A DNA stretch of 64,000 bases from Tubiluchus corallicola (taxonomy: Eukaryota; Animalia; Priapulida), in assembly GCA_030141605.1 (NCBI GenBank), contig JAQGDQ010000245.1, forward strand, positions 124,001-188,000, given 5' to 3'. Under the pieces are notes generated by a model, which searched no databases, had not been told where the DNA came from, and saw nothing but the letters and a program-made list of their open reading frames with translations. Each line of letters begins with the position of its first letter. Within the stretch, counting starts at the first letter, position 1. Shown piece by piece: positions 1 through 13,095 of the stretch. The position numbers and the translations under genes are program-made.

Positions 1-3000
1 AGCCTAGGGTGCTGTGAAGTCTTAATATACACCCATGAATACTACCCCATTCTCAAGTCCGACAAAAAGTATTCATTTTAACACAATTAATAGTGCAAAG
101 GCGTTTTTGATAATCAAATGATAGATTAAAAACTTAATTAACGGCGGGCGAGCCCAACTATTGATGACATCACAAACTAACATCATTCTCAACAGCAGAA
201 ATATTCCACGAGCGTGCTGCACTACTGCGAAAGCGAAAATTGAAGTACAGCACTACTGTAAGTGGTTCAGTGCGTTGTACTAAAACAAGGGAAGTTTTAA
301 GATAAAAACTCAAATTTCAAATGTACCGCTGTGCTCACGCATGAGCTGTCGAACGTATGCAGTTCGTCACAAACTAACACATCTGAACTGAGATGTACAG
401 AACCTGTTTTTTGTGGAACGCGTTCCCCAGACGGCGCTAGTGCCCGTCTAACTATCAAATGGCGAAATACGTGTAGTAGCGAGGAACTAGTGGCGCGAAC
501 GCGAAATTGTGTTTGTGTGGTAATAGTTCTTTCACGTAAGTCATTTTTGGAAAAAAATAGCATGTTTCCGTTCAATATTTTGATGAGTAGATTGTTTCGG
601 CCTACAGTTTAAGATTAGGTTCGGTTTTGCTTGAAAGAAGACTCTTGCAAAGCCCGGGAATATACCAAAGTCTTGAATTAAAGGTGCTGTTAATCTTCTG
701 GTTAGCCTCTAACCTTTCATTAGCTTTCAAACATTTACATGTTCTTTGAGGTGCGGAAGTTAAGTAGGACTTTAAAGAAAACAGAAACATTTCATGCATG
801 GTAATAGCAGCAAATCACTACAGCTTTATTTATGAATCTAGAAAAGTTCTTCATCTACCTTTTTCATTACACGCTGCAGAAAAATAATTGATAACACAGA
901 ACAAATTTTTAAACCGCGAAGTGTAAGAACACATTTTCAGTCCCATTTTCTTACACTTCATGGTTTTAACATTTTAAACCTCTTATTTTCAAACTTCACT
1001 TTAATGTTTTGGGTCTTGATGTCTTCGTATTCATGTTACATTAAGAAAATGTTGATTTGCAGAACGTAGTAGAAATTAGCTTAAAAAGCTGCACAATTTT
1101 AGAAACACTCCAACAAACGAGAATTGTGACCTTTCATCTGTATTTATGTCAGATTGAGTAGCCTTTAATTCAGCACAGTGGCTTCAATTATTAACAGATT
1201 TGTCTGGTTTGAGATGTTAGATCCGTCATCTTGTACACTGTTAAAAAAGGGTTAATGCATGTATCTATACCTTGTTGATAACGGCTTATAAATTGTAAAT
1301 ACGTAGCCTAAATGTGCATACCAATGTTGAACACATTTAAAAGGCCTGTTGAGGTAATTAACATTTTATAGTCTGTGTGTTTTTTGTGGTTCTCGACCAT
1401 TATCTATGGGATTCGCTCTGCTTTGTTAAAACTTCAAGTGAAATTCACTTCTTAGGCTGCAGTAGGAATAAAAGCAGCGCACAAAATTGTATGTTCGCAT
1501 TTTGATGATTTTTTTCATTTGTTGATTTTGAAATAGGAAAACTCAGTTGTTAAATGTTTAGTAAAACAGACTGTCATTTTGTTAGTCAGTTAGTTACCTG
1601 GTCAGTTTGCTCCTGGCCACTAATTATTCAGTCAGTCAGTCGATCAGTCTCTGGCAGTAAGGCCCACAACACACATGAATACGCACCTAGCATTTAGCAT
1701 CATGTAAGAAAACATAAAACATAAAGATCGCGCGCATGCTTCTCCAGCTTCAGGCATCCAGTTTCAACAAAACTTTTCCAGCAAACACAAGATGCTGCAT
1801 GGTTTTATTTTGCTGGATGCTGACAAGCAAAACTAAATGAGGACGCAGTGCTTTCTGCAATAGTACATTCGTAGATGTATAATTATAGATCTATAATTAC
1901 TATTGCTAATTATTATAATTAAGTATTTGATTGTTTACTGCAATGGGAATTATTGCATAAGTATTGCAATAGGAATTTATTTAATTTAGTTAAATTTTAT
2001 TAATATTGTTTTCTTATTTTTCAATTACTACAACCACCAGTAAGGGCCTTATTGTAAACGTACATGAATAAATATGGTCAAGGCTATTTTTATGTCAGTG
2101 TGAGCAGTAGCTAAGTCGTACGTTGAGCGACTGATCGCTAGAAAGGTGAATGTGATTGTCGTATGCTGTCTTGAGATTTCTTAAGTAAGCTATCAAAAAT
2201 TTCCTTTCCATCGGTATGCGATTATAAATACAAAAATTCTCCTGGGCAAATGCATTGTATACTTTCAGAGCAAAACTAGTTATTTTTAGGGCAAATGATT
2301 CTATTTAAATAAATTGCTCGTGTACTGCACCACCTCTTTTTACTGGCTGCAATTAAAATGGTTCTAGTATGGCAAATTGTTTTTAACTTTTAATAATTGG
2401 AAGTTAATAACAGTACATACTGGCAAATTTAGTTCACTAAACAGCATATTTTCTCATATAAACAGCATATAACAGCATAAAGTACATGCTCGCCAGTGTA
2501 CTTACAAGGTTACGTCTTTGCAAAAGGAAAATATAAGCTGTCATCACCATTACTTCTATTGATTTTCTGAAACATTAGAAAAAGTATATGTGAAAGTATT
2601 TGCATGTCTGTTCAGTGAAAACACCAACCTTCGGCTTTGTAATTGGTAGATTCTGCGTTTACTATTGCAGTTACTATACTTATTGAGTGCAAATATGTAT
2701 AAATATGAATAGCTATAAATAAATAGGCTTATAAGTTTAAAATTTTGTACTTGTTTTGTTTTTAGACACTTTTTGTCGGTCCGTGTCTCACGTAATTATA
2801 TAGCCGTTTGTGTGCTCTTATTTGGAAATCACTCAGGTTAGAGTAGCTTAGAAAATTTCCAGGGCAATTTCTTCTGCCCCCTCCCCCCCCCCTTGTGAAA
2901 TTTCTTTCCATACGCCTATGATTGGATACACTCAATACCTGTTTATCATTATTCTTCTTGATTAGTCTCAGAATATAAGCAATTAGAACATCTAAAATCT

Positions 3001-4671
3001 CCTCATTCACTTTTATTTGGTTGCCGTTACTGTGCGCAAGTGTAGCGCAGAAAGCAAATTTTGCGTGATGCACTGTGCCGGATACTGGACGTGTCGCGAT
3101 CATCGCGGACCTAGTCATTATAAGTACCCGCCAGTGGTAAGTCGTAACGAAACCACAAATCAGGAAATTATATTCAAGCATTTAGACAGCAAGTCAGTGA
3201 ATGTGCGTTTCAAACACTTACTATTTTAGTTACTTTGTAAGAGTTGGTTAGTTAATTAGCCATTTAATCCTTGTGTCAGGTAGTCTAGCAATGAATGTGT
3301 TGACTGACTGATGAATTAGTGAATAATTTGTTAATTCACACTCAATCGGCGAATGATTGGCAGTTCAAGTTGGCTAGCTAAGTAGTCAAATGATGTATGC
3401 TCAACTACGAAGATAAGCAGCACTGGACTTGATTAGTAAATAGATAGGCGATTGCTGTAAAACTGCTTCTGCAGGGGCGGTTTTAACTGCTGTATTCAAG
3501 TGGCCCTATTTTTTCCTTGATGGACAATGTGTGCTCATCAAAACGTGTCTGCCGGTTCAATGTTTCACCTTAGAGAATTATCTATGATACTGAGTTGGAT
3601 TCCTGACTTAACAACTGTCAAATAAGCCTAGCCGTTGAGTGCTCAGTTCCTGTTTAAAGTGTGTAAAAAGTCGATCAAAGTTTTAGCGGACATGGTCCGT
3701 CAGCCAGACAAATTTGTGGTATCATCTCGAGGGGGAAGGAGCAAATTACCCCTGTGCTTTTAGTCACTGTATTGTGTTCATTAGATTTTGTTCGTAGAGT
3801 TTTTCGACCAATGGACTTGTAATATATCTAGGCCAGGCCGTCACATTAATATTTCGTGTCCTCTGAGTTTCTGGCGTCCTAAATGTGAAACTGAAACTGG
3901 ATTAGACTATACTGAGAGCAATCAAATTGTGGATTCTGCAAGGACAAGAATATTTGTTCCGGAATTTTCAGTTAAGCTAGCCGAGCTAGGGAACCTGCAA
4001 AAGTGCTGAAAGACACCTGAATATGGGGCAGCATTCCACAAATGATGATATTTCCTACATTTAGAGACTCTTATGCAAACTAAGACTGAGATTTTTGTTT
4101 TGTAAATTATATTAGATATGTATATATATGCTCAATTTAATTTTTTCTAGCAATTGTTTTGCACATTCTGGCTTCTTTTAATTACTTAAGACCAGCTATC
4201 TAGAGCGTTGTTTCTCGGGAAAACTTAGTTTGACTGCTGCATTTCCTATTATGAATCCAGCAAAGCCCAGTTACATAAAATATATTTTCTTAAACTTTAA
4301 TGTGTTAATATGACGTCTTTAGCAGCTGCACATAAAGACGACATGTTGTGCACGTAGAAACTGTACAAAAATGTTTGTAAATTGACTCTTTTTTAATCGC
4401 TTTGATTGGTGCACAGTTTTGTATACATGTGTTAACGTCTTTACAGCTTTGACATGCTATAGTTTATTAGTTATAGTATCGTTTTGTACAGTCTTGCTCA
4501 TATCCCCATACATCAGGTGGCGGGAAAAAATGTGCCGAAGTTTGATCATAATGTCATAAGAACAAAATAACAGAATCGCTTGAGAATTACTTTGCCGATG
4601 TAACGGCCGATTATGCATAAACACGGAAATGTTTAGGTTATTTGCTTAGATTTTTTCCAAAGATACAAAAG

Positions 4672-5988
4672 TTTTGACACAACAAGTCAAAAAATAAATG
4701 CTGAAAAAAATTATCACTATTGTTAAAATTTACGATAAGTGTACATCGTTTTCAATGCAAACTGGACGCGGGCTTTCTTCCAACAGCAGATACAGTTTCT
4801 CACTTCTTTAAGAGGTATTTGGTCCTAGCACTGAACAGTTTTTGCCTTTAATTCCTCTGCATCAAATGGCTCTGCATGTGTGGCCGTTCTGCACTTTCTC
4901 CTTAACTTAAACTTTAAGGGAATTCCAGGTATCGTAGTATGATTAAGTCCAGTTTTTTACTGATAACAAGTTTTTATCAGCACTTTATCTTTTCTGGTGA
5001 AGACAATAAATAATGCTACTGAGTTTAGCATGCTTACAGATACTGGCTAGAACATCCTTATCAATCTAACGCAGTGGTTCCCAAACTTTCTCGGACCGTT
5101 ACCCAAATCGGGAAACCCGGTCGTGTCCATTACCCCCCACCTAGTTTCAACTCAAAAGCGTTAATAAAGTAGATAAAATACGAGTAAACATAGTCGTTTG
5201 TATACGCGTGTTTACTTTTGAGTTGCATATTTTCCGATTTAAAGTCCGAGAAAGTTTGGGAACCACCGTGTTAGATTGATAAAGGATAATTTGCCAGCAT
5301 TGTAGCATTATTTATTGTTTTCAACTGTTGATATATAAGGTACTTATTATCAGTAAAAACTGATAATCATGGAATTTCTGTGTTAAGAAAGTGGATGTGT
5401 GCATTATTTGATGCAGAATTCAGTGCTAGACAAATCAATTTCCAAGTGAGAAACTGTATTCATAACCATATTGAACGATACACTCTTATGGTCATAGTGA
5501 TACAGCATTTATTTTTTTGACACAACAAGTCAAAAAATAAATGCTGAAAAAAATTATCACTATTGTTAAAATTTACGATAAGTGTACATCGTTTTCAATG
5601 CAAACTGGACGCGGGCTTTCTTCCAACAGCAGATACAGTTTCTCACTTCTTTAAGAGGTATTTGGTCCTAGCACTGAACAGTTTTTGCCTTTAATTCCTC
5701 TGCATCAAATGGCTCTGCATGTGTGGCCGTTCTGCACTTTCTCCTTAACTTAAACTTTAAGGGAATTCCAGGTATCGTAGTATGATTAAGTCCAGTTTTT
5801 TACTGATAACAAGTTTTTATCAGCACTTTATCTTTTCTGGTGAAGACAATAAATAATGCTACTGAGTTTAGCATGCTTACAGATACTGGCTAGAACATCC
5901 TTATCAATCTAACGCAGTGGTTCCCAAACTTTCTCGGACCGTTACCCAAATCGGGAAACCCGGTCGTGTCCATTACCCCCCACCTAGT
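4672..5988. repeat. Forward / degraded inverted / forward triplication of a ~470-bp unit
   Basis: 4672-5145 and 5515-5988 are apparently identical (offset 843). 5146-5514 is largely a deletion-riddled reverse complement of the same unit, for example GTCCGAGAAAGTTTGGGAACCAC and CAGCATTTATTTTTTTGAC. Confidence 0.85.
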
Positions 5989-6222
5989 ACTACTTCTCCA
6001 ACTCAAAAAGTAAACACACGTATATGCCACAAGCAAGCAAAATTATTTATGTTTGCTCGTGACATAAATAAATTTCCAGGTGTTTACTTAACTAGTGTTA
6101 ATCAGGTGTTTAGAAAACTATGTAAAATGCACTCCGAGCGAAGTTTTAAAAATTTTCAGAGGGGTGCCCGTTACCCCCCCAAAAAACCATATTACCCCCG
6201 GGGGTAATTTACCCCTACTTTG
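5915..6222 (+). mobile_element. hAT (Charlie-like) MITE, family A, copy 1 (right end degenerate)
   Basis: Starts with CAGTGGTTCCCAAA and is homologous to the inverted copy at 21753-22118. A partial duplicate begins at 5072. Confidence 0.75.
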
Positions 6223-7465
6223 GTAATAAACCAATCCATACTACATTTTAATGTATAATCAGATTACCTAATTGTCTTGACCGCTATAAATGACTTTAAT
6301 GGCATATGTTTTCTACTTTCATTGGTACAGTACAATAGCAATAGCAGTCGATGGTGTATCGAACACTGTTCCCCTCAAGAAATCTTCAAGGTGTTATGAA
6401 TTTTTATTAAAGGACAAAAACACCATTCATAAATTAAGCTTAAAAATTCGTCTTGAAATTTTATATCATTTACTTGCTGGTTTATAGCATACAGAACTTG
6501 CAACAGTCGTTTTGAAACATAACCAGTTATATAACATTGCGTAAATTTAGAAGCAAAGTAGAAATTGCTTTATATTGTCAATGAGATCAATAATATTGTT
6601 TTTGGTGAGTCAGTGGTGCACACTAAAATGGCAAAGCAGTGGCGTTTCACCAGTTGGCCGGAATATTTTAAATTACATGTATTCAGAATTTTCTATATTG
6701 TTATAAGCTTCAACTATCGTTGTTTCTATGCATGATTTTGCGTAACACCATGACACGGCCATATCCCGAAAACTTGCTAGCACATGCGATACTTCTTTTG
6801 ACTGTCTCCTAGAGCTAGTGCCATTTCATTACTTGCTTAGCCCAAAAATAGGGTTCGCTCAAATGTTGCGAAACTGAAACCTAGCGCCTTATTGGACACA
6901 ATAGTTTTAAGCACTGCATGATTAATGGTGTATTTTTTACAAGTATATGTATTATAAGCGTATCATTTTGCTAGTAGGATGTGTGGACGTATCAAAAGCA
7001 ACACAAGAGTCTTTATGTTGTATGCATGCGCACCTTATTATGGATAAACTGAAATCATGTTCGATTAGCTAAATCGTTTATTTCAGGCTCATGCTGTAGC
7101 CACTGGCTACTGTTATAACGTTTTGATTTCATTGGAGAATTTCCTCAAGATAAAGCATATATGTTTCATTTCATGTATCCACGTCATTAACAATCATTGG
7201 TACACGAAAGAAAACAATTCAAAGCACTGGGTATGCTGCCGCACGTGCTGCAGAAGTTACTTGTCTCAAAAAATCGCACAACACTTTATAGCAGAAATAA
7301 ATATGTCAAAGTCATGATCTAATTAATGTAAATACATGTAATATAAACCAGTCTTCACATCAGTAACATAGACAGCATAATTTTATGTGCAATGTATCAT
7401 ATTTTATAGCATGGACATAACTGCTATGTCACAACCTAGTTTTTTTCTTAACATTAACTGTTCAG

Positions 7466-8924
7466 ATATACGCAGAATGGAATACTGCACATGATTGATA
7501 GGAACAGGCGGATAAAGCCGAAGCCTGAACGATTTCAGAGTTGCTACGAAAAATTTGATCTGGTATTTACGGCAGAAGAACGAGTATTCGACCAGTGCGT
7601 GGAAGGTAGGTTAAACATTATCGTCTAGGATGTGGTATCCTCTACTAATAAATCTTAATGATCATAATGAAATATGTACATTTTAATTAATGATGTGCAG
7701 TCATTTCCTGACGCCCGTTTGTTCCTCTATAGCGAAATCTTACTTTTGTCCTGATAATTTTTGCATAAGAGCTTCAGGATATTGAGTTCAAGATGGCGGC
7801 AATAACATCATTTTTGAAAAAAGCCTAAGACTGCCACTTCGCAACAGATCATCACGAAACTGTACAGGATTATACTAGAACAAATTCCCCACTGACTGCC
7901 AGAGTCATATTTTTGATCTACCATCTTGAATTCTAGATGGTAACAATGACATCATTCTAGAGAAACGCCTAATTAATGTTCCACCATTTCGCAGTGGATT
8001 CTCACGAAACCCGCGGATTTGATACTTGCTAGTAATAGCAGGCATCTCATCTGATAACATGCCTTTCGAAGCCATTGAATTGGCATGGAAACAATTTTCT
8101 GCTAAGAATTTCAGAGACAAAAGGCCCGTGATAAAAAGTTAATTTATAAGCACTAAGCAGCTATTTTATAGTTAGGATTGTACAGGTTAAGACTGTATAT
8201 ACGAAAAGCAGCAAAAATACGAGACTAAGAACTGTCTTTTAGGCATAAACTAATTAAGAGCGTGCATAAGATTAAAAGATTTTTTGTGATTAAAATTCGT
8301 GATTTTTGCAAATTGGAAATAACTATTAATACTGTTTAAATTTATTTATCAATAACTGACATTGTCACCAGTTTCAAATTTCATTTGACATTTTTTTAGG
8401 AAACCGACTTAATTCTAGTTGACCAACTGGAATTATCGTGGTCTTGCTCGTTATTTTTGTCGACCCTGACGCTATCTGTAATATTATTTTCTGTTTGTCC
8501 TCTAGACAATCAATCTACGTGGCTGTCAAATTGAGAAGTGCCTTGTCTGGTTATTAAGTAGGACAAAAGTCTAAAAATCACCCTGTACTTTGGGCATCAA
8601 AGTGGTTTCTGTCGAGGAGTTTACTGCAGCGAGGAGGATAAAAATTTCGAATGGTGCGAAGATTGAGTTGTGAAAGCGTGTGCTTAGTTACCGAAGTTAA
8701 ACAATGTCAAGAATGGTGGTTGCTACAGGTTCCTTACTTATTCTGTGCGGCTTCATTTGCCGTACTGATTCTGGCTGTTTACCTCATTAAAGAAGGATGT
8801 ATTCATATACAAATGTGGCTAAGACGCCTCTGTTGGCTGTCTTATCATATAGGATTGTCTTAATAATGATCAAGATTCCAGTCTCGCCACGACTATCACC
8901 CTAAGTAGATGTCTCTAGGCGTTG

Positions 8925-8960
<36 letters not shown>

Positions 8961-10607
8961 TGTGCGTGAGCGTGGGCGTGGGCGTAAAATGTTGTTCAAG
9001 TTTGTAATTTTAAAAGCGCTTTGATTACAATCTTTTATGGAAAGACTACTTGTGTGTGTTTTTACGCTGCATGTAAACGTGTATGCTTATTTTGCCTCTG
9101 TGTTATTAAAATTTAAAACATTGACAGGCCCCAGCATGCAATCAGATATGTTGGACAGAGCTGTGCTGTGCCAGCAGAGCATAACGAAAACATACAAAAC
9201 GGTCTGCCTTACAAAATTAATCCTGATCCATGTACTTGTATCTTCTCGGACCTCATACGGAGATAGTTACTGAAACTTTACTACAAGTAGTGGTCTTTCT
9301 GGCTGTTTGGGTGTATGTCCGGATTTAAAAAGTCCACGACTGGAAGAGTAGAAGATCTTCTGCCTAGTGTAAGCAGGGTTCATAAGTCTTATTTCACAGG
9401 CATAAATTTTGAGGCAGACAATGGTCTACCCGCTGTGGACTTTTTGAGAGATAAACAAACACACAGTCAGAAAGACCAATATGAGCAATGGACTTTTCGT
9501 GACTGCCTTCCATATGTGGTCTCAGAAGATGTACATATAATAATTGGTACACACAATTGGATATTCGTTTTTAATGATAAATAATCGATTAGTGATCGTA
9601 GACAGATTTAGTTTGTTTATGTGCGTCTACTTCAGTTTTTTCAAGTGTGAGAGAAGATTGTTTCTAAGATTCTTGTTTGTAAGATTATTAACCCGTATTT
9701 TTTTATTTATGATTGATTAGCGATCATGGATAAAATAAAGTGAACCTATAATTTTATCCAGAGACTTCATCTAATTTTTGTATTTTTAGAGCTTTCAAGT
9801 AGGGAGCCAGTTGAAAACCAGCCAGTACACATTGTCAATATTGATATACAAGATAACCATGAAGAAGCAACGATAGGAGCTTTTCTTATATGCGAGCTGT
9901 GCCAGCTAGTAAGTTAGTTTTGGATAGATCTACAGTAAAAATTATTGAAATTCTAAATCCAATAAGTAGCCAGTGAGCCTTTTCAATTCAATCTGGATGA
10001 TGTATTCAACCAAATATCTAGCATAAATGAGCACAACTAGTCAAAAACAATCTTAAAGCTTAATATTTTTCAGGGAAAGTTGACGTTACATGCTATATGT
10101 TTTGCACGAGTGCATGCAACGCTGATGCCTCTATGTATAAAAATAATTTTTAATGAACGGGGCAAACTAGTCTAATACATTTTTACAGTCTACAGTGCGT
10201 ATACATTTTTAAGTTATATTCTACAAGTTTCTTAGAACTTTGCTAAAAAAGTACGCTGTTATGTCAAAATGGTAATCACTTTGAGCACGTTTTGATTAAC
10301 TTCACGTCAGTTAGGATATCTTGCAGGATGTTTTTGTATCTATGTACGCTATTTTTGGAAACATGGGCGGCTTCACAGGCAGACTTGGTATATGCCGCTA
10401 GTGCAGATTACTTAAAATGAACACAGTAATAAGTTGCATGTTTTACCTATTCTACTGGCTGTTTTATATAAACCCGTGGAACTATGTTTGCTTGTTTTTA
10501 TACAGCTTCAAGATGCAGAAGACTTGGACAATGAAATTGACGAAATATTACAAGACTTTGAAACAAGATGTGATCGCCCTATTCTACATACAGTTTGTTT
10601 TTACTGA
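7466..10607 (+). CDS. SSU72: SSU72 RNA polymerase II CTD phosphatase, last three coding exons (5' exons not found in window)
   Basis: Exons 7466-7605 (YTQNGILHMIDRNRRIKPKPERFQSCYEKFDLVFTAEERVFDQCVE), 9790-9908 (ELSSREPVENQPVHIVNIDIQDNHEEATIGAFLICELCQL) and 10506-10607 (LQDAEDLDNEIDEILQDFETRCDRPILHTVCFY*). Boundaries are AG/GT with consistent phases. The peptide is near-identical to the recalled metazoan Ssu72 C-terminal two-thirds (DIQDNHEEA, LHTVCFY*). Confidence 0.96.
8929..8984. repeat. (TG)n microsatellite grading into GC/GT-rich repeats
   Basis: Directly visible in the sequence. Confidence 0.9.
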
Positions 10608-11014
10608 CAAACGGCTTATTTTTGCTCAAATGTTATGTAAATTTTGTCGCTTTCTGTGTATGGTATTATTGGTCCTAATATTTGTAAATATTTTTGTTTG
10701 AATATCATTGTAACATTTGCAATGTTGCTTGCATTTGCATCTACATGTATTAATATCGAAATTTATTTAATTTGTACATCCATTTGACAATCCTCTTCAG
10801 GCCTATGTGTGACAATTATAATTACTGAATCGAGTGGGACATTGCTTCTCGTTACTATTGCTATTTAAGACTTGTGGTATTCGCTTTTATAGTAATAACT
10901 GACATGTATAATTACTTGACTATTAATTTAAATTTTCCAACAAAAATTCTGGTATATATTAACGATTGTTGTTCAGCTGTATAAACCATTGGTATTGTAA
11001 AAAAAACTATGTAT

Positions 11015-11036
11015 AATAAAGTTTTTGACGAATAAA
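11015..11036 (+). terminator. Candidate polyadenylation signals of SSU72 (two AATAAA)
   Basis: AATAAA at 11015-11020 and 11031-11036, about 410 nt after the stop codon, followed by GT/T-rich sequence. Confidence 0.45.
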
Positions 11037-13095
11037 GGTTGTTTTCCTAATGAATGATGGTGTAAAAGATGTTTTGAGTCGTGCATGAACATTATACATT
11101 ATTGGTGGTTCTTTAAACCCCAAGATCAGTTCAGGTTGCGATATGATCTATTGGCTTACTATGCGAACATTAATGCGAAGTGAAATACTCAAAACTTTCA
11201 CTTGAAAACAAATTGATTTCTAGTCAGAACCGTGTGTTTATTTAATTCACTTGGTGAGTGATTGCTAAAATAATGCTTAATTATACTCCAATTCTAAGGT
11301 TATTCACCTCCATGGATCTGTGCTTTAACAAAGCCTGAAGCTTGGAAGGTTTTTCTGTTTACTAAACCAAAAGTAGCAAAAACATCCTAGATGTTGTGCT
11401 TAACAATATGTGACATTGAAGCCATTTTCCTGTCGACATAACCAACCGAGAAAGCTTGCAACACAACCATTTTAAATGTGCTTTTCTGTGACTTTTGGCC
11501 TCTCTGGAGACTCATAAGTAACGGGGTTCTTCAAACTCTGTTGGTGTTTACTTGGCATACTACCATAATAGGTAGTGCATAATGAAGAAAGATATTTCAG
11601 TGGTTGGCCTTGACGTAGTATTCTTTTAGTCTTCCAGGCGTGTATTTCTTCTAAGTGATCAGTTAGTCAGCCAACGTAAGTCTGTCATCTCGCTGCTATG
11701 TTACGTATCCATCAGTTAAATTTTTCTTCTCATCGCTAATAATTGTTTTAAATTGGTGTCCTTTGACTTCCGAGTCTACTTAATTCTCTAGACGTTCATT
11801 TGCTGTATTTACAGCAATCCTGTCCTGCAGGAGCGTTGTTCTTCCTATTTTGTATGTACGACCTTGATTTCTTTTTTATATGACCCAAGGTCACAAATTT
11901 TTCATCAAATTAATGTCTCTGCTAACAAGAGCTACATTGTATAAACACTAGACAAAACTGATTACGATTCAAAAATGATTTGAACTTTGTTTGCGAAAAC
12001 CTCCAAGCTGAAATCTTAAAAACCTGATAGCTTGGGTGATAATTTGTTCATGAAAACATACTGCCTCGTAGGTCTATAAACTGTTCACAAGTTCAAGTTT
12101 GTTTTACGAGAAATCGTGGAAAATCGCCAACAAAGATTGAATGTTGGACAAAAACTAATAGATAAATGTTGAGAAGGTAGAGACCCATGATGAATTTTGT
12201 GGCTTATGAAGGTGTGTGCAGCTATGCAAACCTTAGTTGTGAATAATTAACCTGTTTTTTTCTTCTCACTTCTGTTCTGTTCTGTCTTGCTTCGTTCTCT
12301 TATCATGTTCTGTTCCACACTGTCTTGCTCGATCTAATCTGATCTGTTTTCGTCGCTTTTATTCCGTTTGTCTACTTTATTCTAGTACGATCTAAAATTT
12401 CATTTTACTTTCTAGCTTCCAAAGAAGATCATTTTAAAGTTTTGAAAGTTCGTTTTTAGGAAAGTTAAATAGTAACATCGTGGCATCACAGGTGGCTTCT
12501 AGAGCTGCGAGTTGTGTTCTGACTCATATTATGTTAGACATACTAACAGTAACTAACTGGCACCTCCTGTCACACTGGGCTTGTTCTAATTTCACTGAGC
12601 GTAGGCTCAAAGTTTTGGCACAAGTCTACATTTTCTGTGAGTTGCTGATCCTTGAAGCTATATAAAGAGGATATCGGCAAAATAAAACGGCAAGGTTGAG
12701 TTTGTCTATTCAATACTCAATTTCTCTCAAGTCCGTACAATAATAATACTGTTGTTGTGATTTGGGCAGCGGTGAGGACTGGAGCTTGGAAACTCCGGTA
12801 TTCTTTTTCTAGTGCGCCTTGGGCGTGAGATTTCTGTGTTTTGTAATTTGTCGCAGTGTAGTGAAACGTTTGAATTTTGTAGTGTAACTAATTTTTACAA
12901 TTTTTCTAATCTTTGAATAATTTAACTCTCGGTGAGGTAAAAATTGTTTGAATATTCTTTTTATTAACCTATATAAGCCCCTAGAATTTAGATTTTGTCT
13001 TTGTTTGTCAAATTAACCTCCAATCGCTGTAAATATTATTTAACTTTGGTGTTTAATTATTTTAACATAACACAAAGATAAAGATAAGCAAACAT

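Noticed and set aside
297-7317. Short ORFs in 1-7.3 kb as genes, and a search for SSU72 exons 1-2
   Set aside because: No recognisable protein motifs or exon chain, and no VKLPG...KPNVY-like exon found. The region is probably intron and repeat sequence.
7635-7643. GTATCCTCT as a U12 donor downstream of the SSU72 exon
   Set aside because: The canonical donor at 7606 gives the correct frame, and the next acceptor lacks a U12 branch site.
8500-9584. ORFs 8651, 9037 and 9315 inside an SSU72 intron as a nested gene
   Set aside because: No recognisable similarity and no consistent splice structure. Possibly decayed TE sequence.
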